Under the pieces are notes generated by a model. The model worked only from the letters and a program-made list of their open reading frames with translations. It searched no databases and was not told the origin of the DNA. A stretch of 64,000 bases of DNA from an uncultured Acidobacteriaceae bacterium (GTDB taxonomy: Bacteria > Acidobacteriota > Terriglobia > Terriglobales > Acidobacteriaceae). The stretch spans positions 337,412-401,411 of the forward strand of contig CAVZUO010000001.1 of the NCBI GenBank assembly GCA_963778535.1, given 5' to 3'. Below are positions 11,201 through 18,251 of the stretch, piece after piece (the stretch's first letter is position 1; each line of letters opens with the position of its first letter). A program made the position numbers and the translations under genes.

Positions 11201-12102
11201 TTGACTCCAGGATTGGTGCAAGTCGCGGCGCCAGTGGGGTTGATCTGGGTAAACGTTCCGGTGTAGCCGGACAGGCCGAAGGCGCTGCGGAAGGTTGCGA
11301 CATCGCTGGCGTTCAGGATATTGGTATCTTCAATCACCACGATGGTCTGCCCCGCGCCGGTGTAACCCGCGGCGAATGCGGGATTCAGGTTGTAGATGGT
11401 CGCCAAGTCGGGCGGAGCGAGGGCATAGTACAGGGTGCCGTCGAGGACGATGTTCAAATTGGTGCGCTTTTTCATCATCGAGTGCGGCATGAAGTCATGG
11501 AGCGAGTAGACTCCCTTGAGCACGCCCGCTAGCGCCGCGGGAATTTTCGGGTCGCTCATGTTCGCGATGTGCGGCTGGCCGTCAACTTCCAGATTGTGAA
11601 TTTCAGTGTGAAAAGCTTCCTTGATCTGGGCGGCGGTGCCGGAGAATTCCATCGCCATGCCGCTGTTAAAAACCGAGTCGACACGGAAGCCGTGCGATTC
11701 GAGCCATGTGGTTAGTTTGATGACGTCCTGCGGCGACACGCCGTATTTCTCGCCAAATTGCTTCGGAGTTAGCCATTTGTGGTAATAGGACGATCCGTTG
11801 TGCTGCTGCTCGGCAATCAAAGTTTCGAGTTGTTTTTCCAGTCCGGCGGGGCGCTGTAACACGAGCTGGATGTGCTCCATGGGCAAATTGTCTGCGACAG
11901 GGCCGCGGTCATTGTTGGCATTGGCTTCGGAGCGAGTATTTCCGCCGAGAGTAACCAGGTGGGTTTCATCGATCGGCTGCGTAATAAGAGGTTGCGTGTG
12001 CTGCCCGCCGCTGTACGGCTCCGCTGCGAACGTGGTGGTTGTGATGACGAGCAGTGAAAAGAGAACAACAAGGATAGACAGAACACGTGAACCTTTACGC
12101 AT
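8206..12102 (-). CDS. Secreted S53 (sedolisin/kumamolisin-type) serine peptidase fused to a long C-terminal array of Ig-like domains
   Basis: Signal peptide MRKGSRVLSILVVLFSLLVITTTTFA after a GGAGG RBS, so the start at 12102 is preferred over the ORF-track start at 12159. It has a pro-kumamolisin-like propeptide and a GGTSFSSP catalytic-Ser motif. About 550 aa of repeated Ig-like modules follow (TATYSGDSNY, TATYTANDSNH). Confidence 0.85.
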   Translation of the reverse strand: MRKGSRVLSILVVLFSLLVITTTTFAAEPYSGGQHTQPLITQPIDETHLVTLGGNTRSEANANNDRGPVADNLPMEHIQLVLQRPAGLEKQLETLIAEQQHNGSSYYHKWLTPKQFGEKYGVSPQDVIKLTTWLESHGFRVDSVFNSGMAMEFSGTAAQIKEAFHTEIHNLEVDGQPHIANMSDPKIPAALAGVLKGVYSLHDFMPHSMMKKRTNLNIVLDGTLYYALAPPDLATIYNLNPAFAAGYTGAGQTIVVIEDTNILNASDVATFRSAFGLSGYTGTFTQINPTGAATCTNPGVNGAEDEAALDAEWSGASAPNANIVLASCRSLLAAVQNVVNGATPPNVMSISYGECESENGASSNLSYNNAYQQGASEGVSIFVSSGDESAASCDANRAAATHGIAVSGFTSTPYNVSVGGTDFGDTYEAAVGGPPVSTYWSATNSATFGTALSYMPEIPWNDSCASYLLYSLEGFSQAYGASGFCNDTTIPGTNFRSTASGSGGPSNCATGAPAAGQTGVTGGTCAGYPKPSWQSGLVGNPSDGVRDIPDVSLFAANGLWNHFYVFCMTDTAEGGAPACDYTNATDVNDLAAGGTSFSSPIMAGIQALINQASGEGFQGNPNPRYYALAGLEYGATGDSACNSSLGTGANSSCVFYDVTLGDMDVNCDEDVSRGAVVGTFNCFGSAANGATVTEQGALSVSNSALQIAYGTSTGWDFSTGIGTVNAYNLIQNWTSVVTTTAVTSSQNPSTYGQSVTFTATITPAIGSTETGSVQFVIDGVNSGSPVSVSSGTASLSISTLTAGNHTVTATYSGDSNYSGSSATLSGGQTVNQATNTVTFTTPAPASAEYGSSFTVAASGLGTGAITYTSDGVVCTNSGATYLMISGSGTCTVTATQAADTNYQAASSSEYVAAQPAVGSVGVSLTSGSNPSTYGDSITFTATVTSDTGAVKGRRTTKRPRDLNGSVAWSANTGCASSGVSGNSGQTATCTTSILGGGSDTVTATYTANDSNHTTASGSINQTVNPASQTITVTTSAPSTAIDNSSFTIVASASSGLPVSFASSGTCTNSAGTYTITAGARPGTLCHETVSQAGNSNYSAATAVSETTTVVGPTPPTVSFTGPSPATAPYGSSFTVTASSVNDASVPVITTSTGSICQITGSSTSGTTVTSTVQMLSGSNVCDLAANWAVNTVYKAAVKNLDIRATKVTTTPSFTGAPATANNGGTFTVTASSNSSATPSITTTTPAECSIVSFSSNGPGSYQATVTVLKATGTCKLKAVWPTNADYTEASANQSTTAQ

Positions 12103-12124
12103 AGCGCCTCCAGAGAAACTCTTG

Positions 12125-12191
12125 TTTGCTGCGGAACTATTTCCGCTGCGAAAATTCATGTCCGCTACGGAAACTGATTTCCGCTACGGAA
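12125..12191. promoter_or_regulatory. Four phased TCCGCT(A/G)CG(G/A)AA-like boxes in the leader of the S53 peptidase gene
   Basis: TTTGCTGCGGAAC (12125), TTCCGCTGCGAAA (12141), GTCCGCTACGGAA (12160) and TTCCGCTACGGAA (12179). Spacing is 16-20 nt, and each has TCCG/CGGA dyad symmetry. Confidence 0.45.
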
Positions 12192-12565
12192 CGACACTTT
12201 GATTTTCGACCCCGTGGGTGGGAACTCTTTCAGAACTCGCCGTACTCAGAACTTCTCTCCGGAATCGAGCTTACTTTTAGTTGAATCGCAAGGGTACCCG
12301 GATACAGGAAGAGGGTCTAAGACACGGTATTCTATCGGCCCACACAATAGTGGCGGCCTTAGCGCCTGTCAACAATAATTGTGGAATTTACAAAAAAATG
12401 ACTTTATCGTCGGAGAGCGCGCCCAACGCGGAAAGTGACGCATCTATCGTGAACAGCAGTCCGGTTGAGTTAGAAACACATGGTGCCGCATTGTGGTGTC
12501 TAAATTGCGCATAAGTCTTTTGATTCAGCAGGGTAGTGCGGGGCGAAGGCTTCGCTTGAATCGTC

Positions 12566-14002
12566 ATGACGACAAATCTTAGTAAGCTATTGACGGACGA
12601 TGGCGGCGTCAGAACCTTCGAGGGAAAGAAAAGGGCAGATGGATCATTCCGTATGGATTACTCCGGCAGCGAAAGACAAGACTGGCTAAGTCGAAAACGG
12701 CTTCGACGGCAAGCCTTGCTGCTGGCGCTCGCGCTATGGGGCGGGTATGTGGCGACGATTGCCACGCCGGGCATGCGGGACCGCTTCGGGCACCTGAAGG
12801 GCGCAGATTTTTTACATGCGTATGTGCTGGGCACGGTGGCGCTGGAACATCGCGGGGAGGCGCTCTATGATGCGCGGGCGCAGCGGCAGATTGGCGAGCA
12901 GCGGGTGACGGGCTCGGCAGGAGATTATTTTCTTCCGGTGTATGGGCCGCAGTATTCGCTGATCTGGACGCCGCTGGCGCGCTTGCCCTATGCATGGGCG
13001 GCCGCGATGTGGATGTTGCTGAGCGCGGGAATTTATGGATTGTGCTGCTATGCCATTTGGCGGACTTGTCCGACTCTGCATGCGGATGGATGGACCGTGG
13101 CGCTGGGGGCGGCGGCGTTTCCAGGCTTTTTTGCGCTGATCACATTTGGCCAGAATTCAGCGCTGGCGCTGGCAGCATTCACGGGCGCGTATTTTGCCTT
13201 GCGCTCCCGGCGATACGTTGCGGCGGGCATCTGCTTTGGATTGCTGGCCTACAAACCTCAGTTGGGCCTGGCGGCCGCGGTGGTGTTTTTGGCGGCGTTG
13301 ATACTGGCGCGGCGAGAGCGCGGAGACGGAGAGTTTGGTTTGGGCCAAATTGGCGCCGGCAAATCAAGTTCGGACGAATCAAGTTCGAGGCAATCTAGCG
13401 CGAGTGACCGCGAGCAGAGGGCGGAGGCGGCGAAGGTTATTTTCGGTGCGGTCGTCTCTGTAGCGGCGCAGTTTGCGGTGGCGTGGGCATGGTACGGTTC
13501 GCGGCCACTTCTTGTTTATTGGCATGTGCTCTTGACGATCGGTCCGGCGGCGAAAATTCTGGAGCCGCGTCCGTATCTGATGCATTCGCTGCGGGCATTT
13601 TGGAATCTGCTGCTGCCATGGCCGGAAGGGGCGCTAGGGCTCTACATTGTTAGTTCGCTCGGCATCCTGGGAATCACAGTTGCGTGTTGGCGGGAACAGG
13701 CTGCATTGGAGCGGCGCTTTGCGGTCATGCTGCTGGCGACGGCACTCGTAGCTCCGCACCTGACCGTGTATGACCTGGTAATTCTGGCTCCGGCGGTGTT
13801 GTGGATCGCCGATTGGGTGGTGAGGCACGCGGCTCCGGGGATTGCGTGGCTGCTGTATCTGACGTGCGTGTTGCCGTTCGCCGGCCCGTTGGCGGCGTGG
13901 ACACACATTCAACTTTCTGTGATTTGCATGACGGCCCTGACGATTGGTTTTGGCTTCGAAATTCTGAGACGTGAGGACTCGGTAAAGCAGGTCAGAGGTT
14001 AG
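12566..14002 (+). CDS. Polytopic membrane glycosyltransferase, GT87/DUF2029-like
   Basis: 478 aa with more than 9 TM helices and the ...FGLLAYKPQLGL... motif typical of DUF2029 mannosyltransferases. It has a Ser-rich cytoplasmic insert. The last codons and the stop lie inside a dispersed repeat. Confidence 0.6.
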   Translation: MTTNLSKLLTDDGGVRTFEGKKRADGSFRMDYSGSERQDWLSRKRLRRQALLLALALWGGYVATIATPGMRDRFGHLKGADFLHAYVLGTVALEHRGEALYDARAQRQIGEQRVTGSAGDYFLPVYGPQYSLIWTPLARLPYAWAAAMWMLLSAGIYGLCCYAIWRTCPTLHADGWTVALGAAAFPGFFALITFGQNSALALAAFTGAYFALRSRRYVAAGICFGLLAYKPQLGLAAAVVFLAALILARRERGDGEFGLGQIGAGKSSSDESSSRQSSASDREQRAEAAKVIFGAVVSVAAQFAVAWAWYGSRPLLVYWHVLLTIGPAAKILEPRPYLMHSLRAFWNLLLPWPEGALGLYIVSSLGILGITVACWREQAALERRFAVMLLATALVAPHLTVYDLVILAPAVLWIADWVVRHAAPGIAWLLYLTCVLPFAGPLAAWTHIQLSVICMTALTIGFGFEILRREDSVKQVRG

Positions 14003-14035
14003 AGGTCAGATTGCAGAAGTGAAGCTGACTGCAGC
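13991..14035 (+). repeat. Dispersed repeat family B (core GGTTAGAGGTCAGATTGCAGAGGT)
   Basis: GTCAGAGGTTAGAGGTCAGATTGCAGAAGTGAAGC. It overlaps the last codons and stop of the GT87 gene. Confidence 0.7.
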
Positions 14036-14390
14036 GCTACTGCGTCGGGGCGCAAGGTGAGAACGCCTTGCAATGCCTATTGTGTGTGCTGGTGGGCAAG
14101 GGGTCTTTCGACTTGCCCGCGTCCGCTCCGGCGGCGCTCAGGATGACACCTCAAGAAGAAATTTGGACGTTTCTCGCAGCGCTGCGCTGCGCCACCCAAA
14201 AGCAGGACCGGGAACTCATTGCCGTAGGGCCCACTCAAGCCAGAACCAGGCTTGAATGGGGCACCAGGCACCTATTCTTTTCCGAGCTCGTTTTATGCGA
14301 ACTGCTTGTTATGGGCAGTGATTGCTATGGGCGCTGATTGTGGTGCTAGCTGGTCGTCATGATCGTTCCGCAAGTGTAAACTGTGGATAG

Positions 14391-15248
14391 ATGCCCCAGA
14401 TTACCCAGCATCAGAGTATCCAGCCCCAGGTTACCCAGGCGGTTCGGCCGATTGCGTGTGTCGTGCTCCCCACTTACAACGAGCGCGAGAATCTGCGCGT
14501 GGTGCTGCCTCGGATATTTGAACAAGCCGCGCGTATTGAAACGCATGCTTTGCAGGTGCTTGTCGTGGATGACAACTCTCCCGACGGAACCGCGGATTTG
14601 GTGCGCGAGATGATGCAGGGGAATTTGAAACTTTTTTTGATTACCGGAGAAAAACGAGGGCTTGGGGATGCTTACCAGCGCGGCATGAAGTATGCAGTCA
14701 ACACTCTGGGTGCGGCTTTGCTGCTGGAGATGGATGCCGACGGACAGCACGACCCCGCGTTGCTGCCACAGTTTATAAAGCTGTGCGCGGAAGGCGAACG
14801 TCGGCTGGTGATTGGATCGCGGTTTCTGCCTGGTTCGGCGATGCCGGACTTTGGTCCCGGAAGGCGAGCGCTGAGTCATGGTGGCAGCTTCTTTGTGCGA
14901 CTGTGCGGAGGCGTCGGACCGGTGCGCGATTGCACATCAGGCTACCGCTGCTTTCCGGCGGAACTATTCAGGCGTTGTGAGTTCGGGCGGTTGCCCACAC
15001 GAGGATACTCGTTTCAGTCGGCACTCTTATTCGAAATGGTACGCCGGGGCGCGCAGGTCGTGGAGATCCCGATGATCTTCGCGCCGCGGCTGACGGGCGA
15101 GTCGAAACTTAAACTGCGCGATTGCGTGGAATTCCTCTTCACCCTGGTAGCGCTGGTGGCGCGCCGCATGGAGCAACCTCGGGCGGAAATTGCGCAGCCC
15201 GAAACGGCGACATTGGGTAAGGCAATGAAAGCCGAGTCGCGGTCCTAA
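14391..15248 (+). CDS. Polyprenol/dolichol-phosphate mannosyltransferase (GT2, Ppm1/DPM1-like)
   Basis: VVLPTYNERENL, VVDDNSPDGT, GLGDAYQRG and EMDADGQHDP motifs of GT2 polyprenol-monophosphomannose synthases. Confidence 0.8.
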   Translation: MPQITQHQSIQPQVTQAVRPIACVVLPTYNERENLRVVLPRIFEQAARIETHALQVLVVDDNSPDGTADLVREMMQGNLKLFLITGEKRGLGDAYQRGMKYAVNTLGAALLLEMDADGQHDPALLPQFIKLCAEGERRLVIGSRFLPGSAMPDFGPGRRALSHGGSFFVRLCGGVGPVRDCTSGYRCFPAELFRRCEFGRLPTRGYSFQSALLFEMVRRGAQVVEIPMIFAPRLTGESKLKLRDCVEFLFTLVALVARRMEQPRAEIAQPETATLGKAMKAESRS

Positions 15249-15346
15249 CACTCAGCTCAGCGAAGTAAACTCAGTTGCAGCAAGCGCGGCCATCATGAAT
15301 GCGCTGGCAGCGCGGAAGCTAAGTTTCAGCGCGAGAATGCTTTGCC

Positions 15347-15610
15347 TTAGGCGCGCGGCCGTTTTTGCTCTTCCGTCATGACGCGGCGGAGCGCACGGTT
15401 GATGCGCGTCTGGTAACCTCGCCCACCTTTTCTGAACCAGGCCAGGATGTCGGCGTCGAGCCGAACCGTGACCGGCTTCTTCACCGGCCGATACCATCCA
15501 GACAGGTCTTCGAGTTTGTAACGCGGACGCTTCGCAGTTGCGGCCGCCTGGATCTTGCGGATTGGACGCGATGGTTTAACTCGCTTCTTGGCACGCTTCT
15601 TTTTCTTCAT
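15347..15610 (-). CDS. BrnA-family antitoxin-like protein (no BrnT partner)
   Basis: C-terminal VTVRLDADILAWFRKGGRGYQTRINRALRRVM matches the BrnA signature. The start at MKKKKRAKK (15610) has an AAGGA RBS and is preferred over the track start at 15658. Confidence 0.65.
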   Translation of the reverse strand: MKKKKRAKKRVKPSRPIRKIQAAATAKRPRYKLEDLSGWYRPVKKPVTVRLDADILAWFRKGGRGYQTRINRALRRVMTEEQKRPRA

Positions 15611-15706
15611 TGGCACGTCCTTGTACGTATAAGGTGATATTCGCATTATTATATGCACACGAATTCGTTAACTCAGCCTATTTTGTTAGGCGGGGCACGA
15701 AAAGCG

Positions 15707-16438
15707 TTAGTCGTATCTTTCGTAGAGAATGGACGTTCGCGGCCATCCCATGCTCTGGAGCTGGTCGCGATTTGCCTTGACCATCTTGCCGAGTCCGCAA
15801 ATATAGGCGTGCATGTCGGCGCGCTCGCCAATAATTGGCTTGACGTGCTCCTGGACGTAGCCGCGCAGGCCCGGCCAATCAGAATCTGCACGGCTGAGCG
15901 TGGGGAGAAAATGGAAATTGGGATGGGCATTCGCCATGCTCTCAAACTCATCGCGATAGTAAATGTCGCGTTCCGTGCGAACTCCAAAGAGCAGCCAATA
16001 CTCGCGTTCGCTGTGGCGCTCAGGATCGGCGAACAGCCAGTGCAGCATGGACCGAAATGGCGCGATACCGGTTCCGGTGGCGATGAACAAGGTATCGCGC
16101 AGAGGTGGCTTCAGAATGAAACTGCCGAAGGGACCCTGGGTCGTTATCTGCGCGCCGATGGGCAGGTCGAAAAGATAGTTGGACATGAATCCGTCCTGAA
16201 CGCGATTGAGGCAGAAGGCGAATTTTCCGTTCGCGGTGGGAGGGGACGCGATCGAGTATGCGCGCGTGATCTCCTTGCCATCGGGACCCTCAGGATCGTG
16301 GGCTTTGACCGAAAGCCATTGGCCGGGAACAAAACCGAAATTGGGAACGGAGCGCATCTCGAATTCAAGGTGCCGGGTGAACTCCGAAAGCTCGGTAGAG
16401 CGCGCGAGTTGTGCGGTGAAGGTTTTGAATTGTGCCAT
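15707..16438 (-). CDS. Ferredoxin-NADP+ reductase-type FAD/NAD(P)-binding oxidoreductase
   Basis: 243 aa with the RAYSIAS (RxYS) FAD-binding motif, the GTGIAPF NAD(P)-binding motif and a C-terminal ...YERYD. Confidence 0.8.
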   Translation of the reverse strand: MAQFKTFTAQLARSTELSEFTRHLEFEMRSVPNFGFVPGQWLSVKAHDPEGPDGKEITRAYSIASPPTANGKFAFCLNRVQDGFMSNYLFDLPIGAQITTQGPFGSFILKPPLRDTLFIATGTGIAPFRSMLHWLFADPERHSEREYWLLFGVRTERDIYYRDEFESMANAHPNFHFLPTLSRADSDWPGLRGYVQEHVKPIIGERADMHAYICGLGKMVKANRDQLQSMGWPRTSILYERYD

Positions 16439-16595
16439 TTTTAGTTATTCAGATCTCTGATTATGTAGATGAGGAGAGATGGCAAGCGGTCGCGGGCGGA
16501 AGGGTAGGTTGTTCATTCCGATGCGAGAAGACGAGCTAATATGACTATAGTATAATGACCATGATCTTATTCGGGTGTGGCGTGGAGAATTGAAC

Positions 16596-16835
16596 ATGAA
16601 GACGAAAACGATGGCGGCGGGAACGTTTAAGGCGAAATGCCTGGCGGTGATGGACGAGGTGCAGAAGAAGCGGGAGACGATCGTGATCACCAAGCATGGA
16701 AAGCCGGTGGTGAAGGTCGTTCCGGTGGAACAGGGCAAGGATGAGATCTACGGCTTCCTGAAAGGCAAGGGGAAAATCACGGGCGACGTCGTGTCTCCGG
16801 TATTAACGCCGGAAGAGTGGGGAGACCTCTATTGA
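16596..16835 (+). CDS. Phd/YefM-family type II antitoxin
   Basis: MKTKTMAAGTFKAKCLAVMDEVQKKRETIVITKHGKPVVKVVP fits the Phd/YefM N-terminal fold. A GGAGA RBS is present. It overlaps the downstream PIN gene. Confidence 0.75.
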   Translation: MKTKTMAAGTFKAKCLAVMDEVQKKRETIVITKHGKPVVKVVPVEQGKDEIYGFLKGKGKITGDVVSPVLTPEEWGDLY

Positions 16836-17224
16836 TTCTGATTGACACGCATATTGTGCTTTGGCTGGCGCTCGAACCGGAGCGCATCTCGAAGAGCGCC
16901 CAGACGGCCATCGACGACGCGCGCCAGAATGCGGACGGCCTGGCTATTTCCGCGATGACGTTGCTGGAGATTGCGACGAGTTACGGCAAGCACCGGGTTT
17001 CGCTGGAGATGGGCCTTGAATCTTTCTTGCGCGACATAGAGGAACGGTTTGTAGTGCTGCCGATCAGCGCGCGGGCTTGCGCACGAACGCTAACGCTGCC
17101 GGCGAGCTTTCCGAAAGATCCGGCGGACCGGGTGATTGCAGCGACGGCGCTCGTGGAGGGGATGGCGCTGCTCACGGCGGACGCGGCGATTCGGCGTGCG
17201 CGGGCGGTAAAGACGGTCTGGTGA
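16817..17224 (+). CDS. VapC-family PIN-domain toxin
   Basis: LILIDTHIVLW (first acidic PIN residue), ...LLEIA..., DPADRVIAATA...LLTAD. It overlaps the antitoxin by 19 nt. The exact start is uncertain. Confidence 0.8.
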   Translation: MGRPLLILIDTHIVLWLALEPERISKSAQTAIDDARQNADGLAISAMTLLEIATSYGKHRVSLEMGLESFLRDIEERFVVLPISARACARTLTLPASFPKDPADRVIAATALVEGMALLTADAAIRRARAVKTVW

Positions 17225-17246
17225 GGGCAGGAACTCTTAAAGGACG

Positions 17247-18170
17247 ATGAATCCTAAGAACATATTTTTTATCGGCGTGATCTTGTCCGCCAGCGGACTG
17301 GTGTCTCCTCCGGTTGCATTGGTAGGGGGAATTGCTTATGGATTTTTCCTGGCACATCCCTTTCAGCTCGAAAGCAGGAGCCTGTCGCGTTTCCTGCTGC
17401 AGGCATCCGTGGTTGCGCTGGGTTTCGGAATGAACTTGCGGCAAGTTGTGCAGGCCGGGAAAGCGGGATTTCTTTATACGGCAATCGGCCTTTCTCTGGC
17501 ATTGCTGCTGGGGTGGAGTTTAGGACGTGCGTTGGGAGTCTCGCAGAAAGCATCTTTCTTGATCAGCGCGGGAACAGCCATTTGCGGGGGGAGCGCGATC
17601 GCGGCAATCGCGCCGATCACGAAGCCGACGGAAGAAGAAATGGCGATGTCGCTGGGAACCGTGTTCCTGCTGAACTCGGTGGCGTTGCTCTTGTTTCCCG
17701 CGATTGGAGCAGGGCTGCATCTGAGCCAGACTCAGTTTGGGTTGTGGGCGGCGTTGGCGATTCATGACACAAGCTCGGTTGTGGGCGCGGCGGCAAAATA
17801 TGGAGCGCAGGCGCTGGCGGTTGGAACAACAGTTAAGCTGGCAAGAGCGCTCTGGATTGTGCCGCTGACCGTGGCGACCGCGTATGCGATGAAGAGCAAG
17901 GCGAAAGTGCAATGGCCGTGGTTCATCTTATTGTTCTGCCTGGCCGCGGTGGCGAATACATACATACTTGTGGGCGCACCCGTGTTTGCGGCGCTGAACC
18001 ACCTGGGTCGTGTTGGACTGACCGTCGTCCTATTTCTGATCGGAACTGGCCTTTCGAGAGAGACACTGCGTCGAGTGGGCGTTCGTCCGTTTCTACAGGG
18101 GGTGTTGCTGTGGGCGATAGTGGCAACGGCATCGCTGCTGGCGATTCGAGCGGGATGGATTGGAATATAA
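17247..18170 (+). CDS. YeiH/UPF0324-family membrane protein (putative sulfate exporter family)
   Basis: 307 aa, polytopic, with GTAICGGSAIAAIAP and the overall layout typical of YeiH. Confidence 0.75.
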   Translation: MNPKNIFFIGVILSASGLVSPPVALVGGIAYGFFLAHPFQLESRSLSRFLLQASVVALGFGMNLRQVVQAGKAGFLYTAIGLSLALLLGWSLGRALGVSQKASFLISAGTAICGGSAIAAIAPITKPTEEEMAMSLGTVFLLNSVALLLFPAIGAGLHLSQTQFGLWAALAIHDTSSVVGAAAKYGAQALAVGTTVKLARALWIVPLTVATAYAMKSKAKVQWPWFILLFCLAAVANTYILVGAPVFAALNHLGRVGLTVVLFLIGTGLSRETLRRVGVRPFLQGVLLWAIVATASLLAIRAGWIGI

Positions 18171-18247
18171 GTCAGTGGTTAGTGATCAGTGGTTAGTGGT
18201 CAGCAACCAGTGGTTAAGTGGCCAGTGGCCAGTGGCCAGTGGCCAGT
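18171..18247. repeat. Low-complexity tandem array (CAGTGGTTAGTG units degenerating into 4 x GGCCAGT)
   Basis: Read directly in the 81-nt convergent spacer between the yeiH-like gene and the kinase gene. Confidence 0.8.
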
Positions 18248-18251
18248 AAAA

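Noticed and set aside
15590-15630. Two TGGCAC motifs resembling sigma-54 -24 elements
   Set aside because: The -12 regions (TTTT, TGTA) do not match TTGC at the correct spacing. There is no plus-strand gene downstream, and the motifs lie in the BrnA start region.
18171-18247. Possible CRISPR array (also considered for 52404-53046)
   Set aside because: The units are 7-14 nt with no unique spacers. The 129-bp array is coding and has no spacer-repeat alternation. No cas genes are present in the window.
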